Shown one piece after another: positions 1-9,632 of a stretch of 64,000 nt of DNA. A model generated the notes under the pieces. It ran no database searches and was not told the origin of the DNA. It saw only the letters and a list, made by a program, of their open reading frames with translations. Made by a program: the position numbers and the translations under genes. Source of the stretch: an uncultured bacterium (lineage in GTDB: Bacteria; Acidobacteriota; Thermoanaerobaculia; Multivoradales; JAHZIX01); contig CBDUPA010000003.1 in assembly GCA_965368975.1 (NCBI GenBank), positions 160,001 to 224,000 of the forward strand. Direction: 5' to 3'. The stretch's first letter is position 1. The number at the start of each line of letters is the position of its first letter.

Positions 1-2
1 CC

Positions 3-680
3 CCCGAGTTCGCCAAGACGACAGCCGAAGAGTTCGTGCGCGACTTCCTCGGTGGTCGTTTGGGCCTCCGGGAACTCTACGTTGGGCAGAGCTTCGTCTT
101 CGGTCACGGTCGCCAGGGTGATCTCCACCTGCTGCGTGACGTCGGTGCCAGCTGCGGTCTCGAGGCCATCGGCGTCGACGAAGTGGCGCGGCGCGGCGAA
201 CGCATCTCGTCGACACGGGTCCGCCGCGCGATCAGTGAAGGGCGGGTCGAGGCGGCAGAGGAGATGCTCGGTCGTCCGCACACCGTGACGGGTGTCATCA
301 CGCGCGGCGATCGCATGGGCAAGCGCCTGGGCTGGCCCACCATCAACCTGGTGCCCGACAATGAACTCCTGCCAGCGGATGGCGTCTACGCCACGCGCGT
401 GCACTTCCCGCACCTACCCGCGACCTTCGACTCTTCGACCAACATCGGCACGCGGCCGACGGTCTACGAGAACTACCAACGGGTGGTTGAGAGCCACATT
501 CTGGACTTCAACACCGACGTCTACGGCCAGCGTGTCGAGCTGAGCTTCTACAAGCGCCTGCGCGAAGAGCGAATCTTCGCCACGGTCATGGATCTGTCGG
601 CCCAGATCGGGCGCGACGTCGAGGCGACGCGGGAATTTTTCGCGGCTCGAGAAGGCTTGGCAACTACGAGGGAAGCGTGA
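3..680 (+). CDS. ribF: Bifunctional riboflavin kinase/FAD synthetase (5'-truncated by window edge)
   Basis: Motifs ISSTRVR, GKRLGWPTIN, GVYA, NIGTRPT, ESHILDF and LREERIF. The frame is open back to position 3. Confidence 0.95.
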   Translation, partial: PEFAKTTAEEFVRDFLGGRLGLRELYVGQSFVFGHGRQGDLHLLRDVGASCGLEAIGVDEVARRGERISSTRVRRAISEGRVEAAEEMLGRPHTVTGVITRGDRMGKRLGWPTINLVPDNELLPADGVYATRVHFPHLPATFDSSTNIGTRPTVYENYQRVVESHILDFNTDVYGQRVELSFYKRLREERIFATVMDLSAQIGRDVEATREFFAAREGLATTREA

Positions 681-855
681 TGCCGATGAGCATCCTCGAG
701 CAAACCGAGAGCTTGTCAGCGACCGTATCCACTTCAAAGCCCGCTTCGGCGGCGTTGGGCGTACAATCGACACGAAGGACTTGCTGAGACCATTCGCCCG
801 CACCTCGGAGCCAGCGAAACGCAACGGATCGAATTCAGGAGAAAGGAAGAGACTC

Positions 856-1179
856 ATGGCTGAAAATATCGTGGAACTCAATTCTGACAACTTCCAGTCG
901 ACCATCGACGGTGACAAGCCGGTTCTGGTCGATTTCTGGGCTACCTGGTGTGGCCCGTGCCGCATGGTGGCGCCGGTCCTCAGTGAACTGGCCGACGAGG
1001 TCAGCGACAAGGTCCAGATCGCCAAGCTGGATGTCGATGCCAACCAGGAGATCGCCATGAAGTACGGCGTTTCCAGCATCCCGTCTTTCCTGCTGTTCCA
1101 GGGAGGCGAGGTCAAGGACCGCATGATGGGCGCCATGCCCAAGTCGGCCTTCGAGCAGTTCCTGGCGCGTAACGTCTGA
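856..1179 (+). CDS. trxA: Thioredoxin
   Basis: VDFWATWCGPC active site, 107 aa. ATG at 856 follows an AAGGA RBS, so the ORF-track start at 781 is probably too long. Confidence 0.95.
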   Translation: MAENIVELNSDNFQSTIDGDKPVLVDFWATWCGPCRMVAPVLSELADEVSDKVQIAKLDVDANQEIAMKYGVSSIPSFLLFQGGEVKDRMMGAMPKSAFEQFLARNV

Positions 1180-1207
1180 CGGGCGCGCGGCTTCGAAGCC
1201 GGAAATG

Positions 1208-1241
1208 AGCGGGAGTTGCCCTCGTGGCACTCCCGCTTTTT
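1208..1241 (+). terminator. Rho-independent terminator after trxA
   Basis: AGCGGGAG(T)TGCC-loop-GGCACTCCCGCT stem followed by a T run. Confidence 0.75.
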
Positions 1242-1356
1242 CGTGCCCGCTTTCGTGTTCAGCCGTCCGGGCGTGCCCGGACGGCACGCGGCCGGTACAG
1301 GTGGCCGCAGGCGTTGATGTACGCTGAGACTGTGGCACAATCTCGACGGATCTCCC

Positions 1357-2637
1357 ATGATGGAAGCCCTGGCCCCTCACCTCGATCTTCTGCGTCACCA
1401 GCTCGACGCGCGGCAGTGTGCCGCCTTGCTGGTCATCGCCGATTCGGCGCACGATCCCGACATCGCGCTGTTCACCGGCAATGCGCACCTGCGGCGCTGT
1501 CTACTGATCGCGGCGCCGGGCAAACCGGTGCACCTGGCCTTCTTCAGTCCCCTGGAGCGCGAGGAGGCGGCGGCGACGCGTCTACGCTGCATCACGCCCG
1601 AGCAACTCGACCTGGTGCGCTGGGAGCGCGAGATCCGTGACCCGGCCGAGCGTCTGGCGACGGTCCTCGAGCAGGCCTTGTGGCGCGCCGGTGTCGCTCC
1701 TGGCAGGCTGGCCCTGGCCGGCCACGCCGGCGTCGGCGAGGTCAACGCGGCGTGTCGACTGCTGCAGCGCGAAGGTTGGTCCTTCGACTCCGGTCACGAC
1801 ATCGTGTTGCGCCTGCGCAAGACCAAGACTGTCGACCAGTTGCGCCGACTCCGTCGTGCTGCCACCGGAACCATGGCGGCGTTCCGCCAAGTCGCTGAAA
1901 TGCTGACCTTCAGCCGTCCCGATCCAAGGGCTGGTGGTAGTTCCAAGGAGAGCCGCGGTGCCGAGCTGTGGCTGGGGGACGAGCGCCTGACTGTCAGTCG
2001 CCTGCGCGGTGCTATCGCCATGACGCTGGCAGCGGAGGGTCTGGAGCAGCCCGAGGGCAACATCGTGGCCCCTGCGGAGGAGGGAGCCGTACCGCACAAC
2101 GCCGGCAGCGCCGACCGCGTCATACGTGTTGGGGAGACCTTGATCGTCGACCTCTTTCCCGGCCACGGCGTGTTCGCGGATTGCACCCGGACCTTCTGTG
2201 TTCCCGAGGCCCGGACTGGCAAGGTCCCCGCCCACATCCAGCGCGCCCATGACCTGGTGCTCGCTGCCCTGCGCCGCGCGCACCTCGAGGCTCGGCCCGG
2301 TGTGCGCGGCTGGGACCTGCAAGAGGCCACCTGTCGTGGCTTCGAAGCGGCGGGCTTCGCCACCGCCCTGTCCGACCCTCACACCCGCACCGGTTACGTC
2401 CATGGCCTCGGCCACGGCGTCGGGCTGGACGTGCACGAGTTTCCCAGCTTCCGCCAGCAGGCGGGGGAGGAAGGTGTGCTAGACGTTGGCGACGTCTTCA
2501 CCCTCGAGCCCGGGCTTTACGACCCGGAGGCCGGCTATGCGGTGCGTCTCGAGGACTTGGTGTGGCTGGGGCCGGAGGGGGTCGAAAACCTGACGCCGTT
2601 GCCGTACGAGCTGGATCCGAGGGCGTGGGTAGGGTAA
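1357..2637 (+). CDS. M24 family Xaa-Pro aminopeptidase/dipeptidase
   Basis: Metal-ligand motifs DLFP, ADCTRT, HGLGHGVG..HE, EPG and RLED. Confidence 0.9.
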   Translation: MMEALAPHLDLLRHQLDARQCAALLVIADSAHDPDIALFTGNAHLRRCLLIAAPGKPVHLAFFSPLEREEAAATRLRCITPEQLDLVRWEREIRDPAERLATVLEQALWRAGVAPGRLALAGHAGVGEVNAACRLLQREGWSFDSGHDIVLRLRKTKTVDQLRRLRRAATGTMAAFRQVAEMLTFSRPDPRAGGSSKESRGAELWLGDERLTVSRLRGAIAMTLAAEGLEQPEGNIVAPAEEGAVPHNAGSADRVIRVGETLIVDLFPGHGVFADCTRTFCVPEARTGKVPAHIQRAHDLVLAALRRAHLEARPGVRGWDLQEATCRGFEAAGFATALSDPHTRTGYVHGLGHGVGLDVHEFPSFRQQAGEEGVLDVGDVFTLEPGLYDPEAGYAVRLEDLVWLGPEGVENLTPLPYELDPRAWVG

Positions 2638-2666
2638 GTCTCGAACTCAGCCTTGCGGGCTCCGTT

Positions 2667-5600
2667 TCACTTGGAAGCCTTGGTACTGAGTACCTGGAGC
2701 CGCCGTTGGGCCAGCTGGTAGACCGACAGATGTGACGAGTCCTCGTTGCCCTCGACCTTGCGATAAGCGTCGGCTGCCGCCTCACGGACGCCGAATTGCT
2801 CGGCGATCCGGCCCAGCACGTACCAGTCGGCGGAGGTCGGATGCTCGGCGCCAGCGACCTTCATGCCTTGTAGCAGGATCTCTCGCGCCTCCTGCACACG
2901 CCCGACCTCGGCATAGACCGAGGCTAGAGTGTGCAGGTGGTTGGGGTCGCCCTGCTGGCCCATTTGCACGGAGCGTTGCGCGTAGTCGATGGTTTGCTTG
3001 CTCACCGCGTCGCGGATCAGTTGACTCCAGGCCAGCGAGTTGAGCATGGAAGACGTTGCCTTGCCTTGCGCCAACAGGTCCCGGTAGATGGCTTCGCTCT
3101 CCTGGAGTTGCCCCTGGGCCTGGTGCCAGTTGGCCAGGTAGGCGAGCAGGTCGGGGGAGTCTGGATTCTGTGCCAGGCGAGTCTTGAGGAGCTTGCGGCT
3201 TTCCTCCCAGGCTTCCAGCTGCAGCAAAAGGTTGACTCGGACTCTGAACAGCGAGTCGGAGTCGGGGAAGGCCATGGATAGATCGCTCAGCAGGTCGGTC
3301 GCTTCCTGGTACCGCTCGAGCTGGATCAAGGCCTGAATGCGAGCCATGCGCACCTGCTGCTGGAAGGTCGTTGCGTCGAGGCCGGCTGGTGTTTCGCCCT
3401 TGGCGGCGGTGCTCAGCAGGTCGAGGGCTCGGGAGGCGGATGTTTCCTGGTGGCTGAGCAGTGCACCGGCAACCGCGCGCAGTCGCCCTGGGTCGGCGGG
3501 TGGGTCTGTACCTAGCAGAACACGTGCTGGCGGTCCTGGGAAATCGTCGTCTTCCTGGGGACGGACGTTTGTGGCGCGCAGCAACCATTGGCGTGCGGCG
3601 TCGGTGTTGCCTTGCTGCAAGTAGTGCAGTGCCTGCAGCCCGACCGGTACGGTCGGATCCCCCAGGGTCAACAGGCGGAAACCGTCTGGCTGACGCACGA
3701 AGAAGAGGTGGTCACTCTGGTCCAGAGTACTGAGGACGCGGGCGTAGTAGCCGGACGTGTCGTCCCCTTCGATGACGATGTCGACGTTGCCCAGGGCTAT
3801 ATCCGCGACAGCTGTCAGGGGGACCGTCGTCTGCTGCACCGTCTCGGCGATGACGCGCAGATCGCGACGTTCGCGTTCGATCTCTCGAGGCGCCAGATCG
3901 TCACGGACCAGGTCGCTGTACAGTGGCAGGAGTTCGTCGACGCCGTCCGAAATGCTGCGCGCCAGCAAGCCGCGGACGAAGCCCTCTGGAGTCGCCAGGT
4001 CGAGGTCGAGATCTTCGATACGACGGGTCCGGCGCAGGGCGTTGGCGCGACCGAGCAATTGCGCGGCGTTGGGGGAGCCCTTGGCGGCGACAGTCAGGAT
4101 CTCGGCGGCCTGCGCGTAGAGTCGCAGTTGCAGGAGAGACGCGGTGGTGGCCGCCAGTTGAGTGCTGCGCCGCTGAGCATCCTGCAACTTGAGAGCTTCG
4201 CGGATCGCCGCGCCGCTGCCACGGGTGGCGGTGAGGGCGGCGAGCAAGAGCGGGCTCTCGTTGACTTCGAGGTCGAGTTCTCGGCCCAGCGCCAGGACAT
4301 CGTCGAAGCGCTCAGCGCGCAGCAGCGCGATCAGCAGGTTGTTGTCCAGGCTGCTTTCTCCCTGCGCCCGCAAGGCCTGGTATTCCTCGATCGCCTCGTC
4401 GAGGCGGGCACCCGGACCGTAGCGGCGCCCGGCGTGGTTGTACTCGAGGATGACGGCCAGGTTCTGGCGATGGATCAACGAATCTGGCTCCAGGCGCTTG
4501 GCCTGGCGGTAGGCTGCCTCGGTTCCCTCGGGGGTCCAGCCGGGGCCGAACGGACGGCCGATCAGGTCGTGATTGAGGACGATTCCGAGGGCCTGATGGG
4601 CGATCGCCAGGCCGGGTTCCAGCTTCACCGCCGCCCGTGCCTCGCGCCGAGCCGCCTCGCCGAGGCCGGCCTCGAGGAGGGCGCGGGCGATACGCGTTCG
4701 GGGTAAGGCGCGACCGGGTTGGGCGTCGGCGAGCCGGCGAAATTCCGCCAGCGCCTCGCGTACCTGCCCGGAGACCAGGTGCGTCTCGCCGACATGCTCG
4801 AAGTAGAGCAGGATCGGGTCTTCCTGGAGCACGTCGTGCACGCCCGAGATCAGCTCCTCGGCTTCCTCGGCGCTGCAGCGGCGCGCACCGGTGTCGAAGC
4901 TCAGCCGTGCCTCGACACTACCGTCCGGCAGGTTCTCGAAGCGGTAGTGCAGGCGTGCCGGCCCGAGTTCCTGGTCGCGCGCGGGCGGCAAGGAAAGCGA
5001 GCGGTAGCCGTCCGGTGGGTGGATGTGGTAGCGCCACTCGGCGCGGAAGGGCTCGGCCAACTCCAGGTCGTGCTGGCGCGGTGGGCGGTCGCCGGACGCT
5101 TGCAGGAGCCAGTCCGGCAAGCGGTAGAACAGGCTGTAGGGGTTGATCGCCACCGCGGCATCGGCGAGGTCCGTGAACGCGATGCTCGCCCGGTCTACTT
5201 CGACGCTCAGCGTCAATGGCTGGGCGAGGTCGTCGAGCGGCGAGATACTGAGCCCCACCACTTCCTGGGCGCTGTAGTAGTCGCGAGCGTAGGATCCGAG
5301 CGCGTCGCTGCGGTCGGCTTCGGTGAGCCGGCTGTAGTCGTGGCGGTAGGCGCGCTCCACGGAGCCGGACAGGCGCGAGCGTTCGATCACACGGCCGGGG
5401 CCCAGCTCCTGCAAGTAGATGTCGCGCTCCTCGCTCAGCAGGTTGCTGCCCGACTCGGCTACGGGTGTGCGCAGCAAGCCGTCGGTGGTGGGAGCGGCGA
5501 CCAGTGCCAGTCGATTCTGGTCGCCGAGCGGCAGTTCACCGGCGCGCGCGAACTCGTCGGTCGGGTCGATCCAGACCGCGCCGTGGTCGCCGTTGGGGGG

Positions 5601-6773
5601 CAGGTACACAATGGCGTGGTCGAACTCGCCCAGCCCGACCATTTCAGCAGAGACATCGAGTCCCGGGCCGACGCTCAGCAGGGCCACCGAGGCGTCGAAA
5701 CCGGCAGCGCGCAGTAGGCCGACCAGGAGGGTTGCCTTGTCCTTGCAGTCGCCGTAGTGCCGGTCGAGGGTCTCGGCGGGAGTGTAGGGAACGATCGCGG
5801 ACTCACCGAACTCCAAGCCAGTGTAGCGCACACGCTGCTGGACCCAGGCGAGCAGTGCCGCGATGCGCTCGCTGCGGCCGTCGATCTGCGCCACGATGGC
5901 ACGCGCGGTGGTCTCCAGGTCGGCAGCCTGACCGTTCGTCAGCTGCTGCTCGACGATGCGGTGGTACAGGGTGGCGACGTCGTTCCAGGTGCGTCCGGTC
6001 GCTACCTGGATGCGCGGCCAGGTGGCGACTCCGGGCGGTAGTGAGGACTCCGGCAGCGTGGCTTCTGGTGGATCGAGTCGCTCGAAGGTCCAGCGTACGC
6101 GGTTGCCTTGATTGGCATCTCCTGGATTGCGCACGGGTTCCAGCTCAGGCAGCAAGTCGCGGGAGAAACTGAGGGGTAGCTCCGAGGGAGCCTCGACGAC
6201 CAAGCGCAAGCGCTGCACCGGTACGGTCCAGGCCATGGAGACGGAGTGCACGACGCCGGCCTCGAACAAGGGCTGCGTTTCCCGCAACACGTGTTCTTCC
6301 TCGACCACCACCCCGGGAGCCATCGCCGGCAGCGGTGCGCGCAACAGTCGGCGATCGCTGAGCAAGGACTCGGTCTCGCTGGCCGGTAGCTCGGCCAGCG
6401 TTGCCGGGTCGAGAAGGTGCTCGGTGCCCGCCGCCGTCACCACGCGGGCGCGGATCTGCGGTCGTTCTTGGTACCAAGGACTCCACGATGACTCGACCGA
6501 ACCCCAGCTGTCGACTGCCGCGGCGCTCAACACTCGGTAGACCAGGTAGCGCGTGCGCGTCGCGCGGCCCTGCTCGTCGAAGTGGAGTGTCATGTCCTGG
6601 GTGATGACCTGCACGTCGGCGTCCGGGGCCGGCGGTAGCTCCTGAGCAGCGTGCAAGAGCGTGGCGGCTTCGGCACCGAAGGGGGTGTCCCAGGGGGCTG
6701 GCTGGGCGGTGCCGGGGGCAGCAACGGTGACGACAAGCAGGAGAAGGCAGTGCAGAGCGGAGGCGAGTTTCAT
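2667..6773 (-). CDS. Secreted DUF3857 + transglutaminase-like (Cys-His-Asp) + TPR-repeat protein
   Basis: Signal peptide from ATG 6773, triad motifs GDCKDKA / FDHAIVY / WIDPT, and many TPR-like helical repeats in the C-terminal half. Confidence 0.8.
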   Translation of the reverse strand: MKLASALHCLLLLVVTVAAPGTAQPAPWDTPFGAEAATLLHAAQELPPAPDADVQVITQDMTLHFDEQGRATRTRYLVYRVLSAAAVDSWGSVESSWSPWYQERPQIRARVVTAAGTEHLLDPATLAELPASETESLLSDRRLLRAPLPAMAPGVVVEEEHVLRETQPLFEAGVVHSVSMAWTVPVQRLRLVVEAPSELPLSFSRDLLPELEPVRNPGDANQGNRVRWTFERLDPPEATLPESSLPPGVATWPRIQVATGRTWNDVATLYHRIVEQQLTNGQAADLETTARAIVAQIDGRSERIAALLAWVQQRVRYTGLEFGESAIVPYTPAETLDRHYGDCKDKATLLVGLLRAAGFDASVALLSVGPGLDVSAEMVGLGEFDHAIVYLPPNGDHGAVWIDPTDEFARAGELPLGDQNRLALVAAPTTDGLLRTPVAESGSNLLSEERDIYLQELGPGRVIERSRLSGSVERAYRHDYSRLTEADRSDALGSYARDYYSAQEVVGLSISPLDDLAQPLTLSVEVDRASIAFTDLADAAVAINPYSLFYRLPDWLLQASGDRPPRQHDLELAEPFRAEWRYHIHPPDGYRSLSLPPARDQELGPARLHYRFENLPDGSVEARLSFDTGARRCSAEEAEELISGVHDVLQEDPILLYFEHVGETHLVSGQVREALAEFRRLADAQPGRALPRTRIARALLEAGLGEAARREARAAVKLEPGLAIAHQALGIVLNHDLIGRPFGPGWTPEGTEAAYRQAKRLEPDSLIHRQNLAVILEYNHAGRRYGPGARLDEAIEEYQALRAQGESSLDNNLLIALLRAERFDDVLALGRELDLEVNESPLLLAALTATRGSGAAIREALKLQDAQRRSTQLAATTASLLQLRLYAQAAEILTVAAKGSPNAAQLLGRANALRRTRRIEDLDLDLATPEGFVRGLLARSISDGVDELLPLYSDLVRDDLAPREIERERRDLRVIAETVQQTTVPLTAVADIALGNVDIVIEGDDTSGYYARVLSTLDQSDHLFFVRQPDGFRLLTLGDPTVPVGLQALHYLQQGNTDAARQWLLRATNVRPQEDDDFPGPPARVLLGTDPPADPGRLRAVAGALLSHQETSASRALDLLSTAAKGETPAGLDATTFQQQVRMARIQALIQLERYQEATDLLSDLSMAFPDSDSLFRVRVNLLLQLEAWEESRKLLKTRLAQNPDSPDLLAYLANWHQAQGQLQESEAIYRDLLAQGKATSSMLNSLAWSQLIRDAVSKQTIDYAQRSVQMGQQGDPNHLHTLASVYAEVGRVQEAREILLQGMKVAGAEHPTSADWYVLGRIAEQFGVREAAADAYRKVEGNEDSSHLSVYQLAQRRLQVLSTKASK

Positions 6774-6960
6774 GGAGAACTCCGTGAACAAATGGAACTG
6801 TTTTGGACGATTGAGTCTACCGTACTTCGAGGTGCCTGGCCGTTCGTCTGGGCGGCCTCTCTGCTAAAGTGCTGGAGAGTTGATCACCCGCGTCCTCCTC
6901 TCCCTGGGGGGTGATCTGGGTTTCTGCCTTCATACCTGGAGTACCCATAAGGAGTCTTCC

Positions 6961-8322
6961 ATGCCTGCTACGCCCTTCGAGCTCTCTCCCCGGACCGCGC
7001 AAGCCCTCTTTCTGAGTGTGCTGCTGTGCATCCTCGGTGTCCCGCTGTCGGCGGCGAGTCAGGAAGCGACGGTATCCCTGTTCGGAACCGTCGAGGCGAC
7101 GGACAAGCACGCCCAAGTCGGATCGGAGGTGCTGCGCGTCTTCCGCGTCACCGTGACGCCAGCGCTGCTCAGGGAGGACCTCGCAGCGACCCAGCGCTTG
7201 GTGATCGACCTGCCGGATGGCTACTGGGCCGAGGCTCAGCGCGTGTCGCTGCAGCACAGGCGAGACGGCTACACCTGGCACGGCCGGCTGGCGGGTGGGG
7301 GCGACATGGTGCTCAGTGTCCACGATGGTCACCTCGCGGGTGTCTGGTTCGACGGTTCGGAGGTGTACCAGATCCTGCCGCAGGAGCTGTCGGCGACAGG
7401 GGAGCGAGTCGGAGAGGTCGGAGCTCAGATCGGCCATCGACTGCTGCACATCGATGCACAGCGCTATCTGGAATGCGGGGTCGCCGAGGCCCCGGCGGCG
7501 TTGCGTCGCACCTACACCGAGTCCGCCGAGATCGCGGCCGACACAGGAGCCCCGGTCCGTCCTGGGGCCGACAAGGCGGTCAGCCAGGTGGACGTCATGG
7601 TGCTCTACACACCGTCCGCACGCAGCGCCGCCGGTGGCCTAGCAGCGATGAATACGCTGATCCAGAACGCGATTGACATCACGAACACGGCTTACGGCAA
7701 TAGTGGTATCGATGTCGAGTTGCGGCTGGCGCACTTCCGCGAGATTGCCTACACGGAGACCGATATCAGCGCGTCACTCGACTGGCTGGAAGTCGATGGC
7801 GATGTCGCCGCGCTGCGGGAGCGCTACGGTGCCGACCTGGTCGCCCTGCTGAGCAACGACGGTGGTGCTTGCGGAGTCGGCAACGTTCAGCGGACCGCCA
7901 ACGCTAGCTGGTTCGAAGACTACGCCTTCCAGGTCACCGTCTGGTCCTGCGCCGTTGGCAACCTCAGCTTCGCGCACGAGTTTGGCCACAATCAGGGGTG
8001 TGAGCACAATCCCGAGAATGGCATCAGCCCCGCTTCGTCGGCTTCGTATCCCTACAGCTTCGGCCACTACCACAGCGGTAACTACCGAACGGTGATGTCC
8101 TACTCCAGCCCGTGCGCCTCCTTCTGTCAGCGCGTGCCGTACTTCTCGAACTCGACCGTCAGCTACAGCGGAGAAGTGACCGGCATCCTGGATGCGCGCG
8201 AGAACTACCGCACCATCAACAACACGGCCGCCACCATGGCGGGCTACAAAGCACCACCCACTTGGTTCTTCGAGGACAGCTTCGAGTCCGGGAACGTGAG
8301 CCAGTGGACCCTCTTCCCGTAA
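6961..8322 (+). CDS. Secreted reprolysin-like (M12B) zinc metalloprotease with pro-domain and C-terminal DxFESG tail
   Basis: HEFGHNQGCEH zinc motif, TVMSY Met-turn, possible cysteine switch (ECG), signal peptide. ATG 6961 follows AAGGAG. Ends FFEDSFESGNVSQWTLFP. Confidence 0.88.
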   Translation: MPATPFELSPRTAQALFLSVLLCILGVPLSAASQEATVSLFGTVEATDKHAQVGSEVLRVFRVTVTPALLREDLAATQRLVIDLPDGYWAEAQRVSLQHRRDGYTWHGRLAGGGDMVLSVHDGHLAGVWFDGSEVYQILPQELSATGERVGEVGAQIGHRLLHIDAQRYLECGVAEAPAALRRTYTESAEIAADTGAPVRPGADKAVSQVDVMVLYTPSARSAAGGLAAMNTLIQNAIDITNTAYGNSGIDVELRLAHFREIAYTETDISASLDWLEVDGDVAALRERYGADLVALLSNDGGACGVGNVQRTANASWFEDYAFQVTVWSCAVGNLSFAHEFGHNQGCEHNPENGISPASSASYPYSFGHYHSGNYRTVMSYSSPCASFCQRVPYFSNSTVSYSGEVTGILDARENYRTINNTAATMAGYKAPPTWFFEDSFESGNVSQWTLFP

Positions 8323-8357
8323 CAAGTCGCCGTGAAGGAATCCTCGTCCCGAAGGCC

Positions 8358-9581
8358 TCAGCGTGCCGCCAGCGCGGTCGAGGCTACGCGCGCGGCCTGC
8401 GCCAGGACGGCGGCACCAACGAAGATCGACTCGTCGGCGGCGTAGAAATGCGGTGCATGGGCGGGGATGATTTCGCCGTGGGGTTCGCGCGCGCCGATGC
8501 GCAGGAAGGTGCCGGGGATCTTCTCCTGGAAGAAGGCGAAGTCCTCGGCAGCCATGTTGAGTAGGCCGAAGGGTACGACGTTGTCGGCGCCCAGTAGCTC
8601 GCTGGCGGCTTGGCGAGCCCAGGCGGTGGTTTCCGGCGGGTTGACCACTGGGGGTAGGCCGATGGAGTAGCGCAGCTCGGCCTTCAGGTGGTGCGTCGCG
8701 GCGACGTTGTGCGTGATGTGCTCCAACTCGTCGCGCAGCAGCTGCCGGACCTCGGGAGTGGTGGTGCGCAGCGTGCCCTTGAGCTGGGCCTCTCCGGGAA
8801 TGACGTTGGCGGCCTGGCCGGCGTGGAGGCTGCAGATCGACAGCACACCGGGCAGACTCGGGTCGAGACGACGGGCGACCACCGTCTGTAGGGCCATCAC
8901 CAGTGCGGCAGCGCCGACGACCGGGTCGTGGGACTCTTGCGGCCGGGCGCCATGGGCGCCGCTGCCGATCAGATCGATCTCGAACAGATCGCTAGAAGCG
9001 GCGAGTGGGCCGTCGTCGGCAACCACCTGGCCGACCGGGAAGCGCCGGTCGACATGACCGCCGAAGATCGCCGCGACGCCGTCGAGGGCACCCGAGTCGA
9101 GAATCTGCGACGCACCCAGACCGACCTCTTCAGCGGGCTGGAATACGACCAGCACGTCACCCGCCGCCGGTTCGGCGGCTAGCAGGGCGCCGACACCGAC
9201 CGCCCACGTGGCGTGCACATCATGACCGCAGGCGTGCATGACGCCCTCGTTCTGTGACGCAAAGGCCAGGCCGGTATTCTCCTGCACCGGCAGTGCGTCG
9301 ATGTCGCCGCGGATCGCCACCACTGGTGCGCTGCGATCACGGCCGGCGAAGCGGGCGACGATGCCGGTTTCGGTGACCCGCTCGATGGCTGCCGGCTGCA
9401 ACGGTTGCAGGGCCGCTTCCAGCTTGTCGGCGGTTCGATGCTCGTGCAGTGAGAGCTCGGGGTGGCGGTGCAGGTCGTGGCGCAGCTCCACCAGACGCTG
9501 ACGCAGCGCCTGGGGTAGAGCTGCGGCGACGGCGTCGGGCAGCGGCGCCGGACGCGGCTCGAAGGTGGCGGAGGGACTCAT
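8358..9581 (-). CDS. M20D amidohydrolase (probable N-succinyl-L-amino acid desuccinylase)
   Basis: HRHPELS, RGDIDALP, MHACGHD, FQPAEE and AEDF motifs. In an operon with NSAR/OSBS and a GNAT. Confidence 0.88.
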   Translation of the reverse strand: MSPSATFEPRPAPLPDAVAAALPQALRQRLVELRHDLHRHPELSLHEHRTADKLEAALQPLQPAAIERVTETGIVARFAGRDRSAPVVAIRGDIDALPVQENTGLAFASQNEGVMHACGHDVHATWAVGVGALLAAEPAAGDVLVVFQPAEEVGLGASQILDSGALDGVAAIFGGHVDRRFPVGQVVADDGPLAASSDLFEIDLIGSGAHGARPQESHDPVVGAAALVMALQTVVARRLDPSLPGVLSICSLHAGQAANVIPGEAQLKGTLRTTTPEVRQLLRDELEHITHNVAATHHLKAELRYSIGLPPVVNPPETTAWARQAASELLGADNVVPFGLLNMAAEDFAFFQEKIPGTFLRIGAREPHGEIIPAHAPHFYAADESIFVGAAVLAQAARVASTALAAR

Positions 9582-9632
9582 GCTCAGGCTCCAGGTGGTG
9601 GGTCGAGGGCTGTTGCGGCGTGTGGAGATGGG

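Noticed and set aside
1263-1284. Inverted repeat CCGTCCGGGC-gt-GCCCGGACGG after the trxA terminator
   Set aside because: A single GC-rich palindrome with no second copy seen in the window, so no function can be supported.
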